A model generated the notes under the pieces. It was not told the DNA's origin. It did no database searches and worked only from the letters and a program-made list of their open reading frames with translations. A DNA stretch of 59,589 bases, taken from NCBI GenBank assembly GCA_046350905.1, contig JAXLZN010000005.1:1-59589 (forward strand), written 5' to 3'. This document shows, in pieces, positions 8,901 through 20,998 of the stretch. Within the stretch, counting starts at the first letter, position 1. Each line of letters begins with the position of its first letter. Made by a program: the position numbers and the translations under genes. The stretch comes from Candidatus Anderseniibacteriota bacterium. GTDB taxonomy: Bacteria > Patescibacteriota > JAUYIX01.

Positions 8901-9673
8901 GTGCCGAGTCCGTTGGTAGGTGAGTCGTTGATGTCGAGAATGGGATCAGTCGCGGTGCCAGAGTCGGAGAGGCCGCTGCCTGCCGTGACACTTGTTACGA
9001 CGCCGGTGGTGAGGGTCGTCCCGATCTCTTGGAGAGCGCCCTCGACTTCGGTGGAGGTGTAGAACGTCCCGACATCGGTGATAGGCAGGTCACTCGCTTC
9101 GACCTGGCCAGCACCGGTGCCAAAGCTGATGTTGGCGTCGCCGATGACACCAACGGCAATGCCGGCGGGGCTGACCGTGATGGTGCCGTCCGCTGCTACC
9201 GCTACGACGTTGTCGGCTGAGAGACCGAGACCGTCGCCAGCGTTGACGACGAGGGTTGGCACGTCTTCGGAGCCGATGTTGGCGACACCCTTGCCTGCAA
9301 TGAGGTGGATCACGTAGGGGCCGACCACGCCGGCGGGACCAGGAGCACCTGGCGTACCGGGAGTCCCAGCCGCTCCAATGGCACCCTTGGGGCCGACGGT
9401 ACCTTGGGGTCCCAGTGCACCGGTAATGGCCAGGGGCGGAGTGCTCACCTGCGACACTACGGACGTAGCCGAGCCGGTTTGCAGGAGCGCCACAACACCG
9501 TCGACCTGAGTCTGCAGACTGCCAACCCGACGCTCAGTCTGCGTGAGACGGATGAGCTGCCAGCTCAGGAGGCACGCCAGCAGGAGAAGCAACAGTGATA
9601 CCCAAACAGGACCCCCCCCAGAAGGGGGCGGGCGGTTCAGGCTGCGTGAGGTTTTGGCACCCGGGGAAGTCAT
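5963..9673 (-). CDS. 1236-aa surface/fibre protein with collagen-like stretch and internal repeats
   Basis: N-terminal TM, (Gly-X-Y)n GALGPQGTVGPKGAIGAAGTPGTPGAPGPAG, Gly/Thr/Ala-rich beta repeats; clean ORF. Confidence 0.85.
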   Translation of the reverse strand: MTSPGAKTSRSLNRPPPSGGGPVWVSLLLLLLACLLSWQLIRLTQTERRVGSLQTQVDGVVALLQTGSATSVVSQVSTPPLAITGALGPQGTVGPKGAIGAAGTPGTPGAPGPAGVVGPYVIHLIAGKGVANIGSEDVPTLVVNAGDGLGLSADNVVAVAADGTITVSPAGIAVGVIGDANISFGTGAGQVEASDLPITDVGTFYTSTEVEGALQEIGTTLTTGVVTSVTAGSGLSDSGTATDPILDINDSPTNGLGTTADVLHVNVGDGLQITSDDVAALAADGTVVVNGSGIAVGVVGDSNIDFGTGAGQVSAGDVPIVDAGTYYVTDDVESALQQLTTSKQEALGFTPENVANKDAAVDLGGGGANNTEYPTQLAVKTYVDNLAVGLNWQQPVELINVVGEAVVDPTCTPGNNLDGYFVNAVWGGFAVGDLVQCQSGSWVLIKSMVPGDRFGVAFKSATTPTGGMTGQKNNLGVVDPGVPPYSYTFTVAANNDAVFVQNVNAFYHNVSFVFSTALTPDQWVQLSAAVDFSFASGLQTPGNVVSLGNLTTDWVQSGAFDVVLNNASSELRVLESAGGAFYGQLDVGDLTGDKTYTFPDEAGTVCISGGATCLMGFDQVTAGSNTSALVVDTGGSLTTSGSGTITATDLGCSSCVALGGETTGDYVATLTAGGGLTGDASGEGSAPTVAVVSSNGGIVVNADSIDLTVAPSADALSSTTNSGSGLEVLASGVALLQGCADTQILKWDETGDHWQCAPDEVGTAATLQSAYNNGATITTAAANPIAFTLTSGNFNVSGAGEVNLTPAAASQFTSGAALTLTGGAASTWKTSAGLLTLEGNSGLTLNTVTGNLTLQPAGSSTTATVQLGVGGAGSTTPDLLGLDVKSDAGDPAGANGKMYYSASTSKFRCFEGGAWKDCDTTGAATLQTAYNNGATITTAGATPIAFTLTSGSFNVTGAGAVNLTPTAASQFTSSGALTLTGGAASTWSTTTGGLTITSAAGATWKTSAGTLTLEGNSGMTIDSVTGNITLQPAGSGTSATLQLGVDGAGSTTPDLLGLDVKSDAGDPAGSNGKMYYSASTSKFRCFENGAWANCIERTLVTLGADVTNATTAYANVTGLAFPVTSGTLTSFQCTIYFTTNATTTGSRWSINGPATTALMYQSEYTLTATTSTRNAMVQAYDSPGAANATSAAGANLAVISGYVLPSASGTVTVRDASEVAVAGGNVAKAGSKCEYY
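6390..7387 (-). repeat. Two tandem ~160-175 aa in-frame repeats in the 1236-aa protein
   Basis: Both begin ATLQxAYNNGATITTA and end PDLLGLDVKSDAGDPAGxNGKMYYSASTSKFRCFExGAW; the nucleotide differences I compared are mostly synonymous. Confidence 0.9.
8651..9253 (-). repeat. Two ~80-aa in-frame repeats in the 1236-aa protein
   Basis: VNxGDGL...AADGT...GIAVGVxGDxNIxFGTGAGQV...VExALQ occurs twice. Confidence 0.85.
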
Positions 9674-9758
9674 CTTGGAAGGGAGAATATCTTGCCAATA
9701 CTACACCACAAACGTCCCAGATTGCTAGGGCGATCAGGTCTCGATCTCTTGCCTACCG

Positions 9759-10441
9759 CTAGCCCTTGAAGGCGACTGCGACACCCGGGCCCATGGTCGA
9801 GGCCAGGGTCACCGACTTGATGTAGATTCCCTTGATCGTCTTGGGTTTGGCCGACTTGATCGCCTCAAGGGCGGCGTCGACGTTCTTGACCAGGTCTTCC
9901 AGCGCAAACGACTTTTTGCCGACCGGCAGGTGCACGCTGCCGTACTCGTCGTTCTTAAAGTTGGCCTTGCCGGCCTTGATCGCCTTGACCATGCGCGTGA
10001 CGTCGGGACCGACCGTCTCGGTCTTGGGGTTGGGCATCAGGCCGCGCGGGCCGAGCACCTTGGCCACCCGTCCGAGCTTGGGCATCATGTCAGGGGTCGC
10101 GACCAGCACGTCAAAGGCAATCTTGCCCTTGGTGATCTCGTCGATGATGCCCTGGCCGCCGACCAGGTCGGCGCCAGCGGCCTTGGCTTCGGCCTTCTTG
10201 TGTCGCTGACCACTGCCGCAACCTTGACGTCCTTGCCGGTACCGGCCGGGAGCGCGACCGAGCCGCGCACGGTCTGGTCAGACTGCTTCGGCGTCGTCGA
10301 CGCCGAGCCGCACGCAGCTCGACCGTCGCGTCGAACTTTTCGTTGCTCTTGTCTTTTACAAAGGTGAGCGCGTCCTTGACGCGACCGGCTCTTGGGAGCG
10401 GCTGCCACGAGGGCTTTGTAGCGTTTGCTGGTGTGAGCCAT
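9759..10441 (-). CDS. rplA: Ribosomal protein L1, copy B (frameshifted in 5' half; error or pseudogene)
   Basis: ORFs 10085..10441 and 9759..10109 give the N- and C-terminal parts; C-terminus KGIYIKSVTLASTMGPGVAVAFKG differs from copy A. Confidence 0.9.
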
Positions 10442-10451
10442 GACGTGCGAA

Positions 10452-10862
10452 CTACTTTACGTTGAGGGCTCATGCTGCGCGCGGTGCCCTCGACGATCTT
10501 CATCGCGGCGTCGACGTCGTTGGCGTTGAGGTCTCGAGCTTGAGCTCGGCGATCTTCTTGACGTCCGCCTTGGAGACCGTGCCGACCTTGGCCTTGTTGC
10601 TCCGCCTGAGCCTTGGCAACCTTGGCGGCCTTCTTGAGCAGCTCATGGCCGGCGGCGTCTTGAGGACAAAGGTAGCGTTGCGGTCCTCAAAGACCGTTCA
10701 CCACCACCGGGATGATGTTGCTTTCGCTGTGGGTCTGTCGTTGAACTGCTTGGTGAAGTCCGAAGATGCCCCCGGGGCCGAGCGAGGTCGCAACCGCGGG
10801 CAGGCGTGCGCCTTCCCGGCGGGGAGCTGCAGCTTAACGATGGCTTTGATCTTCTTGGGCAT
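10452..10862 (-). CDS. rplK: Ribosomal protein L11, copy B (multiple frameshifts)
   Basis: Nucleotide similarity to 3016..3435; ATG and TAG at equivalent positions. Confidence 0.88.
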
Positions 10863-10893
10863 GAGGGTGGAGGTGGGCGAACGTTCGCTCTAG

Positions 10894-11445
10894 CTACCTG
10901 GCCTTCTTAATCTGCAAGAAGTCGAGCTCGACCGGCGTCTCGCGGCCGAACATGTTGACCAGAACCTTGACCTGGCCCTTCTCTTCGTTGACTTCGAGGA
11001 GACCTTGCCGTCGTGGTGAAGTCCTTGAACGGCCCGTCCTGGATCTTAACCGCGTCGCCTGCCTTGACGTCGATCTTGTATTTCTTGGGGCTCGGCGACA
11101 CCCATGCGCTTCTGGAGCTAACCTCTTCGCGTGCGACGGGGGTCGGGATGGTGCCGCTACCGACAAAGCCGGTCACCGACGGGGTGTTGCGCACGACGTA
11201 CCAGGAGTCGTCGGTCACGATCATCTCGACCAGCACGTAGCCGGGGAAAATTTTCCTCGACCGTGACGCGCTTGCCGGCCTTAATTTTGATCTTCTTCTC
11301 CTTGGGAATCAGGGATGCTGAAGATCTTGTCCTGCATGTCGAGCGACTCAATGCGCTGCTTGAGGTTGCGCGCAATGCCTTCGTACCCCGAGTAGGTGTG
11401 GAGTACGTACCAGTTGCGTTCCTTCTTGCCGAGTTGGCGGGCCAT
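10894..11445 (-). CDS. nusG: NusG, copy B (multiple frameshifts)
   Basis: Fragments [28 protein letters not shown] and [25 protein letters not shown]; synonymous differences from copy A. Confidence 0.9.
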
Positions 11446-11543
11446 TGTGTGGATGTTGCGCGGAAATGCCGCGGTTCTAAAACTTCGGCGGCACGGCGGA
11501 CCATACTACAAGGCCGCCCGAGGTGCAAGGGGCGCTTTCGCGC

Positions 11544-11576
11544 AAAAGAAAGAGGGCCAGGATTGCTCCGGGCCTC
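11544..11576 (-). terminator. Intrinsic terminator downstream of LysM gene B
   Basis: GAGGCCCGGAGCAATCCTGGCCCTC then TTTCTTTT. Confidence 0.75.
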
Positions 11577-11615
11577 GTATGGATTGCGAACCGCCGCGGC
11601 GGTTCTCGTGGCTGG

Positions 11616-12697
11616 CTAGCCGCCGGACTGTTCGTCCGCTCCCGTGACGAACGTGCCGCGGGTGATGTCGGCCAGCTCGGAGAGCTGGCGGGGTTGGCGG
11701 TGCGTACCCTCGAGGTGGTGCACCACAACCGGCGGCAGGTTCTGCGCCATGTCGCGCCAGCCGCGACGCTGTCGTTGCCTGCGGTTCGTCCCACAAAGAC
11801 GATCCCTCCAGGCTTACGGTCCGCGGCCTCCCAGATGGCACCCATGGTGCCCTCCCGCTCGTAGTCATCCTCGTCGGCAACACGGTGCGTGACGTGCCAG
11901 GCTGCCTCAGAGGTGTCGTACGTGGTGAACTCCTCACCCGAAAAGTACACCACCGCGCTGACTGACTTCCCGGCCCGACGTGCGGCCTGGGCGTACATAC
12001 GCGCCGTTTGTGCACACTCCTCGCAACTCTGGTCGTCGTCGACGACCAGCACGAGGGTGTCCGCGGAGATCACCTCGAGCGCCTTGGTCACCTCCTCGCT
12101 CGCGTCCTCCCCATCCGGAAGCTGCAAGCTTAGGTTGCTGAGGCTGGCTTGCTCCGGCAGGAGCTGCTCGAGGTCGTAGCCCGCCTTGGCCGAGTACTGG
12201 GCCATACGGAGGCGGTCTCGTCGACTCCACATGTCCCGGTGCAGGAGGGTCTCCGCCCAGGAGCGCTCCGCATCATCGAGCTTGCCGAGCGCCGCGTCGA
12301 GCCGCTCCTTGAGCTCACGGTCGTGGTGCTCGTACGCTCTACGGACCGCACGTTCGTTGGCGAACAGTAGCTCGACCGCCGAGAGGCTGTACCCTTCTGC
12401 AATGCTCGTGAGGGTATCGCCTGGAGTTACGACGTGCTGCTTGGGCACGTGCACGACCGCGGAGTCGTCAGGCTCTGTCGTGCGGGATGCGGATTGGTCC
12501 GGTGTCGGCGGCGGCGCGGTTGGTTCGTCCGAAGCCGGAACCAGCGTTGGGGTGGTGGGTGCCGCAGCCGGAACAGGTGCGGTCGTCGTGGCGGGGGTTG
12601 GCTTCTGTCCCCCATCCCATGCGCCGCCTCCGCTGCAGGCGAGGGTCAGGAACAGCAGTGCCACCACTGGGGCGGCGGAGAACATCCGAGGTTTCAT
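11616..12697 (-). CDS. LysM-like lipoprotein, allele B (frameshift near 3' end)
   Basis: MKPRMFSAAPVVALLFLTLAC lipobox; TPGDTLTSIAEGYSLSAVELLFAN; VDDDQSCEEC; stop position inferred from alignment with allele A. Confidence 0.7.
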
Positions 12698-12840
12698 GAC
12701 AGTGCTCTCTACTTTCTCCGGGCCGCGCCCGGTGCGCAATTTGCCCCCGAGCTGTGCGACATGTTGCAGCTAGCTTGGGAATGAACGAAGACGCCGTGGT
12801 ACCACGGAAGAAGCCGTAGGTCAAGCCTAGCTAAAGCACC

Positions 12841-13098
12841 CTACGGGGTAGTCTTGGGCGCAGTGCTGGTCGTCGAGGTGGAGGTGGCGGGTACGCGCGT
12901 GAGCAGCTTGTCGAGGCCGCGCTGGGCGCCGTAGTCAACTACGCCGAGCACGATCGCAAAGACGAGCGAGACGAGGATCACCCGGATGGTGCCCTGGATG
13001 ACTTCCTGGCGCTTGGGCCAGGTTACCTTACCGAGCTCTTCGCGAACCTCGCGCAGGTAGCGGAAGGGGTTGAAGCGCTGCTGTTGATCGTTTGCCAC
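12841..13098 (-). CDS. secE: Preprotein translocase subunit SecE
   Basis: YLREVREELGKVTWPKRQEV motif plus one TM; GTG at 13098 lies 6 nt after TAGGCT. Confidence 0.95.
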   Translation of the reverse strand: MANDQQQRFNPFRYLREVREELGKVTWPKRQEVIQGTIRVILVSLVFAIVLGVVDYGAQRGLDKLLTRVPATSTSTTSTAPKTTP

Positions 13099-13133
13099 CC
13101 GCACAGCCTAGCGGTCCAGTTGGCACCAAGCAA

Positions 13134-13682
13134 CTAGGAGGGGTAACGCGCCTTGAGCTCGGTGGTGCGGAAGAGCACCGAGAGGTAGACCGAGACCACG
13201 AACGGCAGCACGACCGCAATCGCGCTGAAAATCGAGAGTCGGTCAACGAAGAGCAGCGCCAAGCCGTAGAAGCTCGCCAGGATCACGTCGTCGATCAAGA
13301 AAAAGTTGAGGAAGTGACGCTCAGCCTTGCCGGGCTTGTGCATGCGGCGATCGATCAGGTTGTCGAGGATGTCGAGCGCCAAGAACCCAACCAGCCAGCC
13401 GAGGTAGGCCCGCACGTCGTGCAGGTAGAAGATCGCCTGCGTCAGCGCAAAGAGTTCGAGCCCAAGAAAGATGAAGTCAACAAAGTAGTGCTTGGGAATC
13501 TGCTCGACCGTGCGGAACTCCCACCAGGTAAAAATCATGAAGAGCATGAGGTGGAAGAACAGGATCGCCAGCGGAACCTGCCCAAACCCTGGAAACTCCT
13601 GGAACAGGATGAACAGCGCGATGCCAAAGTAAACATCGATCGCGGTGTCGAGAAAGCGGAAGTACTTTGCTGAGACGGCCAT
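13134..13682 (-). CDS. Hypothetical polytopic membrane protein (182 aa)
   Basis: About six hydrophobic segments; GGAG RBS; family not recognised. Confidence 0.75.
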   Translation of the reverse strand: MAVSAKYFRFLDTAIDVYFGIALFILFQEFPGFGQVPLAILFFHLMLFMIFTWWEFRTVEQIPKHYFVDFIFLGLELFALTQAIFYLHDVRAYLGWLVGFLALDILDNLIDRRMHKPGKAERHFLNFFLIDDVILASFYGLALLFVDRLSIFSAIAVVLPFVVSVYLSVLFRTTELKARYPS

Positions 13683-13723
13683 GGCTCCTTTGGCGCTAGC
13701 GTACGCCGCCGCGCAGCGAACGG

Positions 13724-16455
<2,732 letters not shown>

Positions 16456-16466
16456 GCGCTGGTCCG

Positions 16467-18875
16467 TTACGAGCGAACCGCTACCTGCAGCTTGGCGAAA
16501 GCGCGGCGGTGATGCTGGTCCAGGCCTGGTCAACCTCTTTGCTCGTCGAGTTTTGTCGGGCGCTTGAGCACGACGTGGAAGCGTAGCCGCGCTCGCCATC
16601 TTCAGCTTGCCGCCGGTGTACTGGTCGAAGAGCTCGACGTCGCGCAGGAACGCCGGCAGCTGTCCGCACTGCGGCCACGACCTCCCCACCGCAACGTCCG
16701 AGCCCACGATGATCGAGAGGTCTCGCGTCACGGCTTGGTAGGACGAGATCGGGGCGTAGCGACGTTCGTTACGCGAGCTGCATGAGCGTGTCGAACTCCA
16801 AGTCGAGCACCACGACCCGGCGGTTGAGGCCGAGGCTTGCGAGGACCTTGGGGTGGACTCTCGCCGAGGTAGCCCACGTCGGTGTCCTCGACTGCGAGAG
16901 GCGGTGCGACCGGGGTGCAGCGCCGGATTGGCCGCAAAGGGTTTCTTGGTCAGGGTCGTGAGGTCGAGCCCAAAGTGGAAGAGCACCTGCTCGAGCGTCT
17001 GCGCGACTGCCGTCCACTCGGCTGAGCCGTCGCCGCGGTGCGTGCGTCGGTCGACGCGAGCACGGCGCAGAGCATGAGCGGCTCGACTGGAAAACGCGCT
17101 GCTTGGGTGAGCGTGAGGGGTGTTCGCCCCAGCTCAAAGAGGCGAGCGGCTTGCTGGGGCCTGGCCGCTGCGCGGAAAGGTTGCGGCGCACCACGTCGAG
17201 TACGTGTTGGGCACCAGGCTCGAGCGCAGGTAAGCCTGCTCGGGGGACATCGGGTTGGCGAGCGCAACGGGTCCGGCCGGATCAAAATCGAGCGACCTGA
17301 GCAGCGCCGCGCTCACAAAGGAGTAGGTCTCGACCTCGGTGTAGGCCGCCCCCTGCAGGAGGTTCTCGACCTTGCGCGCCCAGTGGCGGTCGGTCGCAAG
17401 GCTGCGGGATCATCGGCGCGGTCGGCAGCGTACGCGGAATTTTGCTGTAGCCGTAGATGCGGATGACCTCTTCGACCAGGTCGGCCGGGATGCTCACCGG
17501 CGCGGAACGACGGCGGCGTGACGAGCAGGTCGGCGCCAGACTCCTGCACGGTCATGCTCAAGCTCTGCAGGATGCGCACCTGCTCGCTCTTGTTGCCACC
17601 TCGACGCCGGTGAGCTTGGTGGTCAACGCCGGGTCGAACTGGATCGTTTGGCGCACGAGCGGTGCTGCGCAGATGCTCGGCGAGCTGGCCTTCACGGTCG
17701 CGTCGGCCAAGCCGACCTTGGGCAGCAGCTCAATCAGGCGGGCGAGCGCGACGGCGGTCAGGGTTGTAGTCGACGCCACGCTCGTAGCGTCCGCTCGCTT
17801 CGGTACGGAGCTTGAGACGCTGCGCGGTACGCCGGACGGAGCGCGGCTGAAAGTTCGCCGACTCGATCAAGGCACCAGAGGTCTGGGCGTTAATCTCGCT
17901 CGCCGCTCCCCCGATCACGCCGGCGACCGCGAGCACCTGCTGCTGGTCAGCGATGACGAGCGTCTCGGAGCTCAGCTCGCGCGTGGCGCCGTCGAGGCAG
18001 GCCAGGCGCTCGGCCGGCTTGGCGGTTCGCACAAAGATTTTGGAACCCGAGAGCTTGGTGCGGTCGAAGGCGTGCAGGGGCTGGCCGAGCTCGAGCATGA
18101 CGTAGTTGGTCAGGTCGACCAGGTTGTTGACGGGCCGGATGCCCAGCCGCTCGAGCCGGCTGGCCAGCCAAGCGGGCGAGGCCGCAATGCGCAGGTTGGA
18201 GAGAGCCACGCAGGAGTAGCGCGGGCAGAGGGTCGGGTCGAGCACGTTGGGTGCGTGCGGGTTGGCGGTCTTGCTGCCGGTAATCGCGTCAGCTCCGGGA
18301 CGGCCGTAGTTTTCGATCAGGAGCTGCTGGCCGCGGATGGCGGCCACGTCGCGGGCTACCCCCACGTGCGAGAGAAGGTAGCTCCGGTCCGCCAGTACCT
18401 TGAGGTCGAGCACGGCGTCGTCCATCCCGAGCAGCGTCTTGATGTCGGTCCCAACCTTGGCGTTATTATCCAGAATTAAGATGCCGTCGACCCCGCCGGT
18501 CATGCCAAGCTCCGCCGGTGAGCACAGCATCCCTTCGGACGCCTGGCCGCGGATGGTTCGTGCCTCGATCTTCATCTCCGGCAGCCTGGCCCCCAGCAGC
18601 GCGACCGGCACCTTCTGCCCGACGCGGATGTTGCGCGCACCGCAGACGATGTCGAGGATGTCTTCGCCGACCGAGACCTTGGTGAGCTGGAGCTTGGTCG
18701 ACTGCGGGTGCGGCTTGATGTCGAGAATCTCGCCCACCACCACCTTGTCGATGCCCTGGCCCTGCTGGGCAACCGTCTCGACCTCGGCAGCTTTCATGGT
18801 CAGCTCATCCGCCAACGTCTGCGGGGTGACGTCGAGCGGGACGAACTCCTTCAACCACTGGTAGCTAATTTTCAT
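16467..18875 (-). CDS. pheT: Phenylalanine-tRNA ligase beta subunit (many frameshifts in 3' half)
   Basis: [13 protein letters not shown]-fold [45 protein letters not shown], later [23 protein letters not shown] and ELFDQY fragments; follows pheS. Confidence 0.92.
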
Positions 18876-18888
18876 AGGTTCGCCACGG

Positions 18889-19968
18889 CTAGAACTGCTC
18901 CAAGAAGCGCAGGTCACCCGCCATGAGCAGGCGCACGTCGTCGATCCCAAACTTGAACATGGTGATGCGGTCGAGACCCATGCCGAACGCCCAGCCCTGC
19001 ACCTTGCGCGGGTCGTAGCCAGCATTTTTCAGCACGGTCGGGTGGACCATGCCGGCCCCGCCCGCCTCGAGCCAGCCGGTCTTGCTGCAGACGGAGCAGC
19101 CCGCACCGGTGCAGAAGACGCACGAGATGTCGAGTTCGACGCTCGGCTCGGTGAACGGAAAGTACGACGGCCGAAAGCGGGTTTTGAGCTTCTGCCCAAA
19201 GATCGCCTCGTAGAGAGCTTGGAGCGTGCCCTGCAGGTCCGCCATGGTGGTCTTGTCGTCGACCATGAACCCCTCGATCTGGTGAAAGTTGGTTTCGTGG
19301 GTGCGATCGGTCGCCTCGTAGCGGTAGACCCGGCCGATGTTGACTACGCGGATGGGTGGCGTGCGCTGTCGCATGACGCGTACCTGCATGTTGGAGGTGT
19401 GCGTGCGCAGCAGCAGCTGCCCAGGTTGCTCGCGCTCCGCCTCCTGCGGCGACCGCTTGAGCCAAAAGGTGGCCCACATGTCGCGCGCGGGGTGGTCGGG
19501 CGGGATGTTGAGCAGCTCAAAGTTGTTCTCGTCGTCGTCGATCTCTTGGCCGCGCACGACTTCAAAGCCCATCGAGCGGAAGACGTCTTCGACTTCGCGG
19601 CGAACCTGCTCGGTCGGGTGGAGGTGGCCGAGGGGTGCCGACACGACGGGAGCCGTCACGTCGATGGTCTCTTTGGCCACGTCGCCGGCGAGCTGCGTGG
19701 AGGTGAGCTCGGCTGCACGCGCGGCGATGGCGGCGTCGAGTTCAGCGCGCAGCGCGTTGAGCGCTGGGCCGACGGCACGCTTCTGCTCGTCGCTCAAATC
19801 TTTGAGGCTACGCAGGGCGAGCGTCACGCTCCCCTTACGGCCGAGGTAGGTGAGCCGGATTTTTTCGAGCGCAGCAACGTCGGCGGCGTCGGCAATTGCA
19901 ACCTTGGCTGCGCGCCCGAGGGCGGCCGCGTCGGCTACGCGCTCTTTTCTGGGAATCGGTGCTGCCAT
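18889..19968 (-). CDS. pheS: Phenylalanine-tRNA ligase alpha subunit
   Basis: HPARDM, LLRTHTS, FHQIEG, RPSYFPFTEPS, GWAFGMGLDR. Confidence 0.99.
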   Translation of the reverse strand: MAAPIPRKERVADAAALGRAAKVAIADAADVAALEKIRLTYLGRKGSVTLALRSLKDLSDEQKRAVGPALNALRAELDAAIAARAAELTSTQLAGDVAKETIDVTAPVVSAPLGHLHPTEQVRREVEDVFRSMGFEVVRGQEIDDDENNFELLNIPPDHPARDMWATFWLKRSPQEAEREQPGQLLLRTHTSNMQVRVMRQRTPPIRVVNIGRVYRYEATDRTHETNFHQIEGFMVDDKTTMADLQGTLQALYEAIFGQKLKTRFRPSYFPFTEPSVELDISCVFCTGAGCSVCSKTGWLEAGGAGMVHPTVLKNAGYDPRKVQGWAFGMGLDRITMFKFGIDDVRLLMAGDLRFLEQF

Positions 19969-20450
19969 GGTTGGGGTACGGCGGTGCCGTCGGTCACGGG
20001 GATGTGCTTAGGCTTAATGTCGCTGATCGCGCGCCGCGGATCGAGCGGCTTGGCGGCTGCGTCGTGCAAGCGTGTGGCGACGTCGTTGGCGTGGCTCTGA
20101 AAGGCCAATTCTACCAGGACGACGGCCACAACAAAGAGCACCGCGCTCCAGATGTTGAAGATGCGGAAGGCCTGCAGCAGGAGCGAACCCACCACCACGA
20201 CCCCGAGCAGCAAGCCTTGGCGGAAGGCCGTGCCGAGGTGGGCGTAGATGATTTCACGCCCTGAGCGCCACACCCGCGCCGTAAACCCGAGCAGGGTAAA
20301 GAGGCTGACCGTCAAAAAGTAGAGGCTGGCGGCTAGGATCGTCAGCCCGAGCCACCCTGCCGTGAGCGGGTTGAGGAAGAGCAGCACGACGGCGAGGGCG
20401 ACCGCCGATGTAGCTGCCGCAATGATCAATCCTGCAACGTAGCGGGCCAT
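19935..20450 (-). CDS. Four-TM hypothetical membrane protein
   Basis: Four hydrophobic helices; ATG at 20450 lies 8 nt after TAAGCT; overlaps the pheS start. Confidence 0.75.
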   Translation of the reverse strand: MARYVAGLIIAAATSAVALAVVLLFLNPLTAGWLGLTILAASLYFLTVSLFTLLGFTARVWRSGREIIYAHLGTAFRQGLLLGVVVVGSLLLQAFRIFNIWSAVLFVVAVVLVELAFQSHANDVATRLHDAAAKPLDPRRAISDIKPKHIPVTDGTAVPQPWQHRFPEKSA

Positions 20451-20548
20451 TGGCACCTAGCTTAGCGCGTTGCAGCCGTTACACGAAACTGCCATGCGGC
20501 CCCTGCATACTGCGCGGGCTGCAGCTTAACCCGTAACGCTCAAACACC

Positions 20549-20965
20549 ATGCTACCAGCGTTCGTCACGATCCCTGCCGTAGGCCTCGCCCTGGCCGGCA
20601 GCCTGCTCGGGGTAGGCGTCGCCGCGGCCCACAACGGCGCGAACATGCTGCACCACAAGCCCCCGCTCGTAGTCCGGCACATGCTCGAGCACCGCATGCA
20701 CGACCTGACCGATGAGCAGCGCGAGGCGCTCAAGGTCGCGATGGAGAAGTGCGACTACAGCGCCTGGAAGGCGGTCGTCGGGGACAAGCCGATCACGCAG
20801 AAGATCAACGAGGGCAACTTTGCCCGCTTCTGCGAGGCCACCAAGCTCCTGCGCGACCACAAGGTTAAGGAGGCGCGTGCGATCTTCAAGGAGCTCGGCA
20901 TCAAGCCGCCGCTGCCGTTCATGAAGCACATGAAGCACGGGCCCAAGCCCCACGGCCAGCACTAG
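20549..20965 (+). CDS. Secreted His-rich hypothetical protein (138 aa)
   Basis: Signal-like N-terminus, helical core KINEGNFARFCEA, His-rich tail; terminator follows. Confidence 0.7.
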   Translation: MLPAFVTIPAVGLALAGSLLGVGVAAAHNGANMLHHKPPLVVRHMLEHRMHDLTDEQREALKVAMEKCDYSAWKAVVGDKPITQKINEGNFARFCEATKLLRDHKVKEARAIFKELGIKPPLPFMKHMKHGPKPHGQH

Positions 20966-20971
20966 GCGAAC

Positions 20972-20998
20972 AGAGCAGCCCACGCGGCTGCTCTTTCG
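20972..20998. terminator. Hairpin terminator between convergent genes
   Basis: AGAGCAGCC-CACGC-GGCTGCTCT then TTCGTT. Confidence 0.75.

Larger units (their letters stand above)
9759..12824. repeat. Direct repeat unit B: promoter-LysM-terminator-nusG-rplK-rplA
   Basis: Aligns by eye to 2322..5381; many indels from ~10.2 kb onward. Confidence 0.9.

Noticed and set aside
5963-9673. Diversity-generating retroelement (TR/VR pair) among the internal repeats
   Set aside because: Differences are mostly synonymous and not adenine-specific; both repeats are in frame; no reverse transcriptase in the window.
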